Shown here: positions 16,220 to 31,638 of the stretch, in pieces
Numbering within the stretch: the stretch's first letter is position 1
How the letters are laid out: every line of letters begins with the position of its first letter
NCBI RefSeq assembly: GCF_009914755.1
Contig: NC_060925.1
Reading direction: 5' to 3' (one strand)
Source: the human T2T-CHM13v2.0 reference genome, Homo sapiens
DNA: 64,000 nucleotides
Notes under the pieces: model-generated
The model's database searches: none
Told to the model about the DNA's origin: nothing
Seen by the model: only the letters and a program-made list of their open reading frames with translations
Position numbers and translations under genes: made by a program

Positions 16220-16306
16220 TGTGGGAGAACAATAACATTCAAAGCTAAAAGTCTCCTCTTGGGAAAGCAAGAGGAGACTTTTAGCTTTGAATGTTGTTCT
16301 CCCACA
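16220..16306. repeat. Near-perfect inverted repeat (39-bp arms, 6-nt loop)
   Basis: tgtgggagaacaa(taa)cattcaaagctaaaagtctcctcttg-ggaaag-caagaggagacttttagctttgaatgttgttctcccaca; only a 3-nt bulge. Confidence 0.95.
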
Positions 16307-16674
16307 GTTTCACAAAATGCTAAATGGCTGTGCTCTTTCACTCTTTGTAAGAGACAGGAGTAAACTGCATTGGTTTCTCTTGTTTTTTCACCAAAATTCC
16401 TGGCCACTAGGACAAGGGACTAAGAGTGGAGACCGTTTGTGGTTTACACAGGGAGCCCCTAGATTTCCACCATACAAACCTGGGTCCTGGAAGCTTTCCT
16501 GTGCAGGAAGCAGATTTTCTTCCCCTGTCTGTTCACCAACTGCTGTTCCACTTGTATATTTCAAAAGTAATAAAGGTCAACATTTTAATTAACCCCACTG
16601 ATAGAACCTCATTCTGTCAGACCTAGAATATTGTTCTAGGATTTCATAACCTTGATCCTAAAGTCCTTTTGCTT

Positions 16675-17551
16675 GGGGGGCTTAGCCTGGGAGAGTTTTT
16701 GGCTTTGACCAGTGTACTAGTTTGTTCTCATGCTGCTAATAAAGACATACCTGAGACTGGGTAATTTACAAAGGAAAGAGGTTTAATGGACTCCCAATTT
16801 CACATGGCTGGAGAGGCCTCACACTCATGGTGGAAGATAAGGAGGAGCAAAGTCACATCTTACCTGGATGGTGGAAGGCAAAGAGAGTTTGTGCAGGGGA
16901 ACTCCTCTTTATAAAACCATCAGATCTTGTGAGACTTAGTCACTATCATGAGAACAGCACGGGAAAGACCTGGCCCCATGATTCAGTTACCTCCTGCAGG
17001 CTCCCTCCCATGACACGTGGAAATTGTGGGAGCTATAATTCAAGATGAGATTTGGGTGGGGACACAGCCAAACCATATCACCCAGCAAAGAATTCAAGCG
17101 TGAGCTGGTGGTGTTAGACAGCAATCTTTTATTGAACAGTACTGCTCCTTGTGGAGCAGGGCTAACTCATAGGCAGTGGGCCCAGGATTGGCAACTTACG
17201 AGCTCTTGGCAACTGCATTTATATTCACTTAAACCCACTTTTAATTACATGCAAATTAAGGGGTGGGTTAATGCAAATTGAGGAATGGATTATTTAGAAC
17301 TTTCTAGGAAAGGAGCTTTAACTTCTGGATCATTGCTACGGAAAAAGGTGGTAGCTTCAGGGTTGTTGCCATGGCATTCTTAAACTGTCATGGTGCTGGT
17401 GGGAGCGTCTTATGCTAATGAGCAATGAGGACAGCTAGGGATTGGTTTTTTGCCATCTGCTGGCTTCTTCACTTTATCTTGTCTGGACCAGATTCTGTAT
17501 TGGTCAGCAGGGTTGTGAACAGAAAACAAGTCCTGTGGGTCTCCTATCTCA
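16675..17551 (-). mobile_element. ERV1 LTR, MER66-like, interrupted by THE1
   Basis: Minus strand begins tgagataggag...caggacttgttttc, contains gccatggcaac and ttcaataaaagattgctgtctaacaccacc, and resumes beyond the THE1 as ...aagcc...ctcccaggctaagcccc. Confidence 0.7.
16713..17080 (-). mobile_element. THE1 (C/D-like) solo LTR nested in the MER66-like LTR
   Basis: tgtactagt...atgctgctaataaagacatacc ... gacacagccaaaccatatca; TSD accag/cccag. Confidence 0.9.
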
Positions 17552-18359
17552 CTTTAATCCCAACCTCTTCACTCTCCTCCACATCAAGTTTCCTCAACCA
17601 GCCCAGGTTTACCTTATTGAAATTGCTCTATTAAGATTAGTATATTTCTATAAGGTGCTTCTAAAACAGTTGCTGACATACAGTAAGCACTCAATAAATG
17701 TTAGTGATTATTATTAGCAATATAGTCCTTAGAATTGGCAGCCTGTGTGTTCTTCCTTTTAATTATACTCTCTCAAGATTTTGATATATACTATGACAAT
17801 TTCCAAATGATGTTCTGTAATCAATTACTGTGGCTTCTAAATTAAAAAATGAGATGAAATCCAGGCACCGTCCTCAGCCCAAGCGTCTCTCAGGCATCAG
17901 TTTATATGCTTTCCCTTACCATAAAAAATGTGGGGTACATATCAGTGTTACTAGCAAGCAGAAATAAAACAGAAAAAAGTCCTGCTACTCTCAATGAAGC
18001 CCTGGTGTGGAGTCAGAGATACCTCCCCTGCCCCATCCTATGGTGACCCAGGCATTCCCAGGAGTCACAGGCTGCAGTTCTGTTAATTCTGGGAAGTTTC
18101 ATTCTGAGAGCTTGGAGGGGCCCTTAGGCCGTATCATTTTCACTTCCGTGAAACCTAAGGAACACTAGGAAGACCATCTGTCTGGGAATTCTGTCTTGAC
18201 CAAGTAGTGTGGGGCAGTGACAAAAGTCCTGAGCCAGGAGGCAAAGACCTGTGCTCCGGGATCTTTCAGAACATTAATCCACGGTGGAACTTCGTGCAAC
18301 ACATGCTCCCTCCCTGGACTACTGTTTTGTCATGTATAATTGAGAGAGTTGAGCCAGAT

Positions 18360-19006
<647 letters not shown>

Positions 19007-19050
19007 TAGTGGTCCCTCCTGCTTGGGCCAGATGAATGGGGTCATATCAC

Positions 19051-19910
<860 letters not shown>

Positions 19911-19989
19911 AGTTATTCAAATTCTGCTGTCCTGAATTAAAGGATACTGATTAGGCCAAATAAAAAATGTCTTATAATAATCCATTATA

Positions 19990-20326
19990 TAGTTATGCAC
20001 CATATAATGACATTTTGGTCAACAACAGACCACATACACAACAGTGGTCCCGTATGATTATAATACTGTATTTTTTCTGCACCTTTTCTATATTTAGGTA
20101 TGTTTAGGTACACACAAATACTCCTCATTATGTTACAATTGACTGCAGCATTCAGTACAGCAACATGCTATACAGATTTGCAACTTAGGCACACACAGGC
20201 GGCTATACCATACAGTTTAGGTAAATAGGAAGCTATATCATTTAGGTTTGTGTAAGCATGCTCCATGGTGTCACCTAACAACATATTTTTCAGAACATAT
20301 CCCTGTCGGTAAGCAACACATGACTA
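19990..20326 (-). mobile_element. Tigger3-like (TcMar-Tigger) non-autonomous DNA transposon
   Basis: Degenerate TIRs tagttatgcacc...aatgac / gtcggtaagcaacacatgacta; internal ttcagtacag-aacatgct-tacag, ggctatacca. Confidence 0.75.
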
Positions 20327-20505
20327 CACAAGAATTATGTCCCTGCCGCCAAAAGCAGAAAGACAGGTTTGTAGAAGAGAGAGCTCACTCTACACTGTGC
20401 CCACTGCTCATTTTAGTGGCTCCCTATGACATGCAGTATCACACAGGACACTTTGAGTTATAAGGAATTGAACTTCAAGTTTTTATAAGGAAAACAAAAA
20501 AGGAG

Positions 20506-20835
20506 ACGTGGATGGAGCTGGAAGCCATCATCCTCAGCAAACTAATGCAGGAACAGAAAACCAAATGCTGCGTGTTCTCACTTATAAGTGGGAGCTGAAC
20601 AATGAGAATGCATGGACACAGGGAGGGGAACAACACACACTGGGGCCTCTCAGGGAGTGGGGTGAGGGGAGGGAGAGCATTAGGAAAAATACCTAATATG
20701 TGCTGGGCTTGACACCTAGGTGATGGGTTGATAGCTGCAGCAAACCACCATTGCATACGATTACCTATGCAACAAACCTTCACATCCTGCACATGTACCC
20801 CAAACTTAAAACTAAATTTAAAAAAAAAAAAAAAA
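20506..20835 (+). mobile_element. L1PA 3' end with poly(A)
   Basis: tggatggagctggaagccatcatcctcagcaaactaa, gttctcacttataagtgggagctgaacaatgagaa, cacatcctgcacatgtaccc, A tail. Confidence 0.88.
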
Positions 20836-20843
20836 GAAGAAAC

Positions 20844-21830
<987 letters not shown>

Positions 21831-21859
21831 CAAAAAAAAAAAAAAAAAAAAAAGTAGAC

Positions 21860-22285
21860 TTTACATCGCCCTCAGTTGAATCCAGGAGTTCAAATGATGC
21901 TGTTGGGATTCAGCCTTACTCACCTAAGGTTTCTTCTCTGTTAATTCCACTCTCAGGTGTTTCAGCCTCTCATGATGGCCCCCAGAAGCTCCAGGCTTAG
22001 CAACTCCAATAGAACGTAAGCTTCTTTTTCTCTACTGTACCAGCAAACTTCCTGGTTTGAGTTTCATTGGCCTGCTTGGGTCAAATGTCCACACCTGAGC
22101 TAGTTTCCAGGCCCACGCATAAATCACGTGCTCTTCTCTGGAGAGCAGTTTGGCTTAGCTTCTTCTGACCAATATGGTCTGAGAGGAAATGAGGTGTGTT
22201 CCTACAATGAAGGCCAAGAGGCTATCACCAGAAGACAGGAGAGTGGATACTTAGCTGGCTAATAAACCACAAGCGTCTACTACAC
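21860..22285 (-). mobile_element. Old MLT1-type LTR fragment
   Basis: ttcattggcctgcttgggtca, aagcgtctactaca terminus. Confidence 0.45.
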
Positions 22286-24920
22286 ATGGTTTTTGGGTTG
22301 GAGGGACATGGAAAAAAAGTCAAGCTAAAAAATCTATGAGGTGTTCAAACGTTTGTCTTTATGTTCATGTTTTAATTGTCCAAAAGAATTTCCACACTAA
22401 CTTTAAAAATCTTTTTAGCTCTTTTGATACATGAAACATGCTTGAATTGAATTCTTAGAGACTGGGAAAAGGGAAAATGGAACCTCACATCAAGAAGCAC
22501 TTGCTCTGCATCAGGCCCCTTTATATACCCGGTCTTACTCAAGCCATGAAACCCCAGGAACTACATGGGGCTCTCAGACTTTTGAAGATGAGGAGACTGA
22601 GGCACAGGAAGATCAGCGATCTAGCCAACGTGCCCACTTTGCAGGAGGTAGTATGGATTCAGCACAGTCCCAGAACCTAGGGTCCTTTTCCCTGCACTGT
22701 GCTACCTACGTCATATTGCACATCATGCTATAGCTATGAGTCTTCCTACATGTCCACATTCCAGGAAGAACCGGGAAGAACACATTTGCCCTGGGCATGA
22801 ACATTAGAATCAAAGCTAAATTAGGGGTATTGGAGATTGAGTGCAGGCAAGGCACAAAGTTAGAATTTCTTGGTTTTCACTTTACTGGAAAGTTATTTCA
22901 CCATCAGTGTCTGGTTGGTGGTGGTTTGTGTAAGCTGTACATTTATATTTTGCCCGCCCAGGCATCTCTGCGGGTAGGCATCGTCAACCGTTTGCAAGAT
23001 GGTCTCGCCTTGGTGATGGGTCATGATTCTCGCTTTCATTTGCCTCTTGGTTCCAACTCAGGTCACACCCAATTTTCAGTCTTTGGCTTCATCTTGGTAT
23101 CAGGGATGAATCATGATGAATACTGGGATTGTTACAGTTTACTGTCTCTTTCTATCCTCATTCTCCTGCTTCTTCGTTGGCAGAGGCTGACAACCAATGT
23201 TGAAATCAGATTGTTCCCTTCATCCAGATCTTTCTTTGAAAATGCTTCTCTCATTTCTGGTGGATTAAGGCAACAGTTTCCATAATGTGTGCTACTGGAC
23301 ACAACCACTCAGAATCTCAGCCATAAAAAAGGTGGGGTGCTACAACCAGATTATGGGGGAATGTGTGTCACGCAGGTAAAAAAAAATCTGCTATATTCCC
23401 CATGAACGTATAAAGTGTTCCAATAGATCTTTCCTATTGACATTACTTAGCCAGTAGTCTAAGGACAGCAATAGTCTAAATGTAAAATGTAGCACTTTTA
23501 TTTATCAGGAATGAAAAACCAGTCCCCACACACAGCTAGTGAAAACTAAAAATTAGGAACTTGGCTTTGTAGGAGACATGAAACCTCTTTCACTCCATTC
23601 CATTCCAGCCCATTTTTAAAAAATGAAATGGAAGGTTATTTTGCTAGCAGAAAACTGTTATTGTTGCTGAAGTTGCTAAGAAAATTGGGCAGTTTATCAG
23701 TGAAGATGGCAACAGCAAATATACAGCGTTGCCAGAGGCATTATTTTGCCATCCTAGGCAGCATTAACAAGTTAAAAAAATTCTAGGTTCCAGGATGGCA
23801 ATAATGAATTTTGGTCTCATGGGCAGGAAGGCAGATGGTAGGTATATTTTCCCTTGAACATGTCCTGATGGATAACAGGCTTTTCTGGAAAAGAGGCCAC
23901 GATGTCAGATTCTTATTAGCATTAATGATGGGTTGTTCAACAAAATCTCTGCACCTTGCACTACGAATATCCCTGGAAGATTTGGGACTAACCTCAGACA
24001 TAAGTGACTATTTGCACTTGCCAGGTTAGCTCTTCTTTATCGGTATTCTGTGTTGGTTTTTGGCTTTGAATAATGTCTTGTTTTATAAAACACGAAGAAA
24101 TAGTGTCATGGTTGGGAGCCAAATGGATGGTGTTGCATTGATACAGCGAACACTATTAGGAGGGAGTAAGTGAGTCTGGGTGGTGATAATGTTGAGGAGC
24201 AAAGCTGTTGTTATTGACCATTTTATAGGAACAGGTTCTTTTTAAGGCTGCATGCCTACATATTTCAAACAATGCGCTTGAGAAATGTCCAAAGACATAC
24301 AACAAACAGAATGAGAATAAGTGCTGAGTTGAGACAGATAGCCCAGCTTGAAAATTCTGTTATGAAAAACAGGAAATATAGATACAGGCAGAATATTATG
24401 TCAACTAGACTGATAAAACATGAAGCAGCCTCCTTAGAAGAGGTGTTTTCACGGTCCCCTAAGTAAACCCTTAGCACTTGGGGATAGCAACAAATTACCG
24501 GGGAAGGTAGTAAAAGGTGTGGCCTTGGAATTAGACCAGGGCACAAGAAAGAAGGCAAGAGGAAGGGAAACTAACCACTCTACATACACCAAAGCAGAGA
24601 GAAAGGTTATGCCAAATCCACCATTTGACAGTCTGGTCATGTCAATTACAGTGGGCAGTTTTCTTGGGACAAAATGTTGCACTAAGTGAAGAGTTTTTTC
24701 TCTTAGATAGAAGAGCCACATTAGCCAACAATTTGGACCCTATGCAGAGAGAGAGAGGATATATTTTTCTTCTTGGAAAGCCTGCGTAAGTGAGCACCTT
24801 TCTCTGTTGAGCAGAGTTTACTTTGTTTGCAGGAAAAGGAAGGTAGAGGTGGATATGAAGAGTGTGGGCAAGCCATTTTCAGTTCCTTTGTGTGCTCCTC
24901 CATGGCCTGCACCATATTCT

Positions 24921-25393
24921 GCTCTGTAGCCAGTCTCCAGGATGGCTCCCCAAGACCCCTGCTCCCATGACTCTCGGCTTTGGGTAGTTCCCTTCCACAT
25001 TGAATAGAGTATGACTTTTGAGACTAGGCTAAAGGCTGTGGCTTCCATCTGGCTCTCTTGGATCATTTGCTCTGGGGGGAGCCAGCTGCATGTTGTGAGG
25101 ACACTCAAGCAGCTTTTTGGAGAGGTCCCATGGTGAGGTATTGAGATTTCCTGCCAATGTCCACATGAGTGAGCTCCCTTGGAAGTGAGTCTTTCACACG
25201 CAGTCTAGCCTTCTGATGGCTGCAACTCCAACCAATATCGTGACTGCAACCTCATGAGAGACCCGGAGCCAGAACTACCCAGCTAAGACATTCCCAAATT
25301 CTTGACCCACAGAAACTGAGAAATCATAAATGTTATTGTTCTCAGCCACTATATTTTAGGGTAGTTTGTTATACAGCAATAGCTAATGAATAC
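24921..25393 (+). mobile_element. MLT1 (F/G-like) LTR
   Basis: gtagccagtctccaggatggc start; gcaacctcatgagagacccggagccagaactacccagctaag; ttgttatacagcaatagctaatgaatac end. Confidence 0.75.
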
Positions 25394-26065
25394 GGCTGGC
25401 TATCATTCTTGATTTGGGATTTGCCTCTATAATTATAATTTCAAAGTATTTCAGACTTTTATATTAGAATATAATAGAAAATAACACATATTCAGGCATA
25501 AAAGGTAAAATTACATGTCCTAGCACACTATTCTATACAATAAAAGTCAAAGAAAATGGTGTTTTTGTGTGCAATTTCATCTGAAGGGCTGAAGCTACAG
25601 CGCACACACAGGGACATTGCATCGACTTTGGCTTTTGCTCTGATTGAGCTATTGGCTTTTGCTTCCATTGAGCCAATGGAAGAACCATTGGGGAACGTTG
25701 AGTAGAGGCGTGACAATGCTGAACTGATGTTCCAGAAGACAGTCTATGTACCCAGATCACCATGTACCCAAGTACGTGCCAGGGAATACAAATGACCTGC
25801 CCCTGCCCTCAAGGTGTTTTCAGGCTCATTTATACTCAGCCACACTGGAAAAGCTATCAGTCTTCCCTCCCACTTAGTCTGTATCTTGGGGTTAACCCTT
25901 AAATAGGAAGAGAGAGCTAGGAGGAGAGTCAGAGCATTCTGTTTGCCCACAAGTGTTCAGAAAGGCATGAACAATTTGTTCTTTGGCTGTGAAACTGCTT
26001 AACTTAGGTCTAAAGACCCGTTTGAATTGTTACCATGTTACAGAGTCTCAGAAGCTCTAGGACTA

Positions 26066-26430
26066 TGTATTAGTCTCTTACCCGCTGCTATCACAAAATA
26101 CCTTTGAGTGGGTAATTTACAATAATGGAAATGTATTACTTATTGTCCTGGAGGCTAGGAGGTGTAAGACCAAGGCACCAGACGATTCAGTGTCTGGTGA
26201 GGGCTCACGTTCTGCTTCAATAGATGGCACTTTCTTGCTGCTTACTCACATGGCAGAAGGGTGAACAAGATTCCTTTGGTTTCTTTCATAAGGACACTAA
26301 TCCCATTCATGAGGGCTCTGCCCTCATCACTTAATCAGGTCCTGAAAGGCCCCACCTGTACTACGGACACATTGTAGATTAGGTTTCAAGATATAAATTT
26401 TGGCCATACAGAAACGTTCAGACCATAGCT
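26066..26430 (-). mobile_element. MLT1A-like LTR
   Basis: tgtattagtc...gctgctatcacaaaatac, gattcagtgtctggtgaggg, cactaatcccattcatgaggg, aacgttcagaccatagc. Confidence 0.8.
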
Positions 26431-27327
26431 AAGTGTATCAGTCAGTTATGCTATGGTAACAACCCCAAAACTCAGTGCTTCAAATGACAAACATTTTACT
26501 CTTGTTCATGTTCCATGTCCAATGCAATGGGGAAGAGTCTATTCACGGTAATCATTCTGGGGCCCAGACTGATGGAGGCTCTACCATCTTATGACAATGC
26601 CATATCAACATGAGGCTGGAATTAAGTGTTTTGCCCAAGGAATGGAACAGGGCCTTTCTTTTTTATCTTTCGTTGGCCAAAACAAGTCACATGGCCACCC
26701 CATCTTCCAGGAGGGTAAGAAAGTGTTATTCCACACATACCTGGAAGTAGCAGAAAACAGAATATTAATGAGCATCAGTAATGCCTACAGCAAAGAAGCT
26801 TCTTTTTTTTTTTTTTCCTTCACAATTTGCTGGAAAAAGTAAGGAGAGAGAAAGACAGGAATCACAGCTTGATTCCCTGAGATCTTTGTCTCTGTGAGAT
26901 AGGAATACAGTGAGGTGAATCCTAAACTGGCTTTCCTTATTCTCAGTAAATTTGTGTTTTTGTTTTTGTTTTCTTACCAAAGACCTATATATGTTCCAGG
27001 TGCTGTGCTGGGTGCTATAGAAGAGATACAAAGTCGATTAGATATGGGCCCTCCCTTAAGGGAGGCACATGGCCTCTCAGTTTTAACATAGTTAGGAGAG
27101 TAAATTGCCTGGAATAATTATTTAGTATGTTCCAGAGATAAATACACCTTTCAGTTTCCTAATGTCTTTTTTCTCCAAGTAGATGGTAATGGAATGATCA
27201 TTCCATTAATTACCAGTTCAAATTTCTTCTCCGAATTATTCTCCGTGATCAGGGAATGGAAACATGGTCCAGAGTGCTGAGATATGCCACACCTTGATTA
27301 GGTTTGAGATGTTATCTTTAAAAAGGA

Positions 27328-27490
27328 CTGCAAAATAAAATACAGGATACTCAGTTAAATTAGAATTTCAGATTAACAACAAATAACAAATGCTTAGGAC
27401 ATACTTATACTAAAAGTTTATTTCTTGTTTATCTGAAATTCTAATTTAAATGGGTAGCTTATATTGTTATTTGCTAAGCCTGGCAACTTT
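27328..27490. mobile_element. MER53 palindromic MITE, internally deleted
   Basis: aaatacaggatactcagttaaattagaatttcagat...aacaac and the mirrored ttgtttatctgaaattc...atttgctaagcctggcaac. Confidence 0.7.
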
Positions 27491-27505
27491 ATCTTAAAAA
27501 CTCTT

Positions 27506-28330
<825 letters not shown>

Positions 28331-29038
28331 TTATGCTTTAGTTTGCTGAAGGCTCCTATTTTCTAGTACATGCAAATACCTACACATAAGGGAGATAAGA
28401 GTTTAGGGAAAGGAGAATAGACAACCAAATGATATAATTTATGATAGGGGTAAACGTACTTTAAAAAAAAAAGTAGAACAGTGAACTGAAGACCAACTAC
28501 TTTCACTGCGTTCTACTTTCGTTGAAGTTATTAGAAAAAGCACTTCTGATTAGGTGATGTGAGCTGAGTTCTACATAATGAGAAAGAAGGAGCTATCCAA
28601 GGGGAGACTATTCAGGGTATAGTAGCAGTTGAAACACTCCTGAAATAAGAACGTACTTGGCTTATTTGAGGAATAAACGAACAGTTGACCGGCATAGCTG
28701 GCATAGCATGAGCCAGAGAGTAACCTGTGTGAGAGGTGGTCGGAAGGACAACCAGAGCAGTCTTAAAACTTTTATTGGAGTTTTACTTTAAATACAATGA
28801 CAATATATTTAAGAACTTGAATTTGGGGAAATAATATGCCCCTTGGTAGCTGTGATGAAAATGGACTCTAGAATAGAAAGCATGGAAGTAGGAATACCAG
28901 ATAGGAGGCCATTTCAGTCATCCAGCCAAGAGTGGGATGGTGGGTTCGTCTAGGTTTTAGCATTGACAATGAAGAGAGAAGGGGGCAAGTTAAGATGTAA
29001 TAGTGAGGCATCACCAACAAAAATTGATTATTTAATTA

Positions 29039-29340
29039 ATGGAAAGAATGGAAGAATGCATTGGTGGATGTGAGGGTGGATAAATAGATTCATCAATGGA
29101 TAGTGGGTGGATATTGGATGGATGGATAGATGGATGAATGGGTGGATGAATGGTAGATGGATATTGGATGGATGAATGGATGGAGGGATAAATTGTAGAT
29201 GGATATTGGATGGATGGATGGATAGATGAATGGTAGATGGATATTGGATGCATAGATGACGGATGAATGGATGGATGGTAGATAGATATTGAATTGATGG
29301 ATGGATGGATGGATGGATGGATAGTGGAAAGATAGACAAA
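29039..29340 (+). repeat. Degenerate (TGGA)n simple repeat
   Basis: Repeated tggatggat with a recurring gtagatggatattggatg unit. Confidence 0.9.
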
Positions 29341-31202
29341 GGAAAGATATTGGGTGATGTGTGGGTGATGAAGTAGAAAATGCTTATTAAATTCTCAGGC
29401 TCCAGACCAATCTCCTTTTGAACCTTATAGCTGACACCCTTATTAACAGAGAAATCTTGAAGAAGGAATTAATTAAGAAGCCTCACTTTCTTCATCTGAA
29501 AAGAGGACTTTAATATATACGTTCGGAAAATAATGTGAAGAATAAAAGGTATAATACCTACTGATCCATTACACCAGTGCCCAGGACACAGTAGTCATTG
29601 TTATTCACCTCCCGTATCTTGTGTATCGATTTGCAACTTTCAAGTTGTCTTTTCGTCAGTCTCTCCATCAGCTAGTTTACACTGCTCAGACTCAGAGACT
29701 TCACTAAAACCCAGCAAAACAATAACATTTATATCAAATGTTTAGATTTTTTAATGAAAGGGAGAAATGATGGAGCGTGGGAAGTGTTATAAACTATTCA
29801 GTATTTCAATTTTTTAATTCACAATCCTGAATTCCCTTTGATGGTTTTTTAATATAGGGAGGGCTCTTGTGAGTATGTGTGAATAATTAAACTTTTTAGA
29901 ATTTGAACATAAGTTGGAAGAAGCTCATTTCACTGTCAATGATGTGAGGCAAAGGAAAGCCCAATGGGCATCTTTTTTACGCTAAATAATTTTGTGGGAT
30001 TTTTTTTTTAATTCCTGTCTTCTCAGATAGTCTGAGAAAGAAAGCCTTCGGAAGGTTACTTGTCATGCTCTTCTTTTGTGTTATCTTGATAAATCCTGAT
30101 TGAAGGGGAAAGAAGAGAAGGAGGATTGAGACAATAATGAGGTTATCATTGTTTGAGCATTTACTACACAGACTCTCTCGCCTTTGGTCCCTCAGCAGCC
30201 CAACAGGCAGGTAATAGTACTCTGCCCATTGTGCAGATGGGTCATCTGAGGTTTTCACAGGTTATGTGGCACGTACAGCACAGGTGCACATTCGGACTGG
30301 TTTGATTTCAGTGCTGGGACTCTCTACTATTTCCCTAGGCTGCTCCTTGGTTGGTTGGTTGGCATCAAGCCATTTCTCAGCATTATTTACTGTGTTTATT
30401 CATTCTCCTCCCTCCCTGTTGGCTGACAGCTATTGATTTCTGTGCGTGATTCTGCCCTTGGTCTCAAATAGTTTTGCAATTTCTTGCCCAATTTTCAAGT
30501 GAACTTTATCATCCCTTTGCTTAGTGAAGCTCGTCTTTGTTCCTTGGGCAATAATGGATGATACCATAAATGGCATGTCACAGAACAGAAGTGAGGGCGA
30601 CCTTTATTAGATTAAATATGTTTCCCCACCCAGTGCTCTGCAGATCGTGGGATTTCTATCAGAAGACAGACAACAGGGACTGAACTGCATGCAGCCAAGA
30701 GCTTCCCAAAATTGTACTGGTAATTACTTTTCTTGATATAATAACAATTACTGATAATGATTTCCTAGAAATTTTAAGAGTTAGTATATCAATGCAATCC
30801 AGATATTATATATTCAGTTTGCTTAAAAGCTCCTTAAGATTGTCACTGGATTCTTGGATGCTGTCATCCCCCTCGTAGAGGGAAGACTGATAGGAATTTG
30901 TGGCTATGATGATTCAACTCACAGTAGGATTCCAAATTCTTTGCTGCACCCACAGGATCTGATTCCTGTCTACTTCCTTTCTTCCATTCTCTTCTTTGTC
31001 CACTTCTCTCTAGCCGTGGCGATACCTTTTTGTTCTCCGACTATACCAAGCTTGTTCCTGCCACAAGGCCTTTGCACCTCATGTTCCCTCTGCCTAGAGT
31101 GTTCTTCCTGAATACCTGTGCCTGGCTGAAGACTTTTTATCATTCATGTCTCAATGTAAATGTCACCAACCTGGAAAGGCCTAACTAAAATATCTCACCC
31201 AT

Positions 31203-31564
31203 TGATATGGTTTGGCTGTGTCCCCACCCAAATCTCATCTTGAATTGTAACTCCCCACAATTCCCACATGTCGTGGAAGGAACTGGTGGGAGGTCATTAA
31301 ATTATGGGGGTGGGCCTTTCCTGCACTATTCTAGTGATAGTGAATGAATCTCACAAGATCTGATGGTTTTTAAAATGGGAGTTTCCCTACACAAGCTTTC
31401 TCTTTGCCTGCTGCCATCCACGTAAGATGTGACTTGCTCCTCCTTGCCTTCCGCCATGATTGTGAAGCCTCCCCAGCCATGGGGACTGTAAATCCTTTAA
31501 ACCTCTTTTTCTTCCCAGCTTCGGGTACGTCTTTATCAGCAGCATGAAAACAGACTAATATACA
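31203..31564 (+). mobile_element. THE1 (A/B-like) solo LTR
   Basis: tgatatggtttggctgtgtccccacccaaatctcatcttgaattgta ... gcagcatgaaaacagactaata. Confidence 0.9.
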
Positions 31565-31583
31565 CTCCCAGGTAATTCATTCC

Positions 31584-31605
31584 CTCTCTCTCTCTCTCTC
31601 TCCCC

Positions 31606-31638
<33 letters not shown>
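31584..31638 (+). repeat. (CT)n microsatellite
   Basis: Read directly. Confidence 0.95.

Noticed and set aside
22797-23285. 162-aa ORF in non-repeat sequence, considered as a gene or processed pseudogene
   Set aside because: No recognisable domain, no poly(A)/TSD, and no convincing splice structure; the reverse frames I spot-checked hit stops. A BLASTX/PhyloCSF run would settle it.
27394-27414. miR-1302-like sequence in MER53 (ttaggacatacttatactaaa)
   Set aside because: Differs from the mature sequence as I recall it at two positions including the seed, and the complementary inner arm is deleted in this copy, so the precursor stem cannot form.
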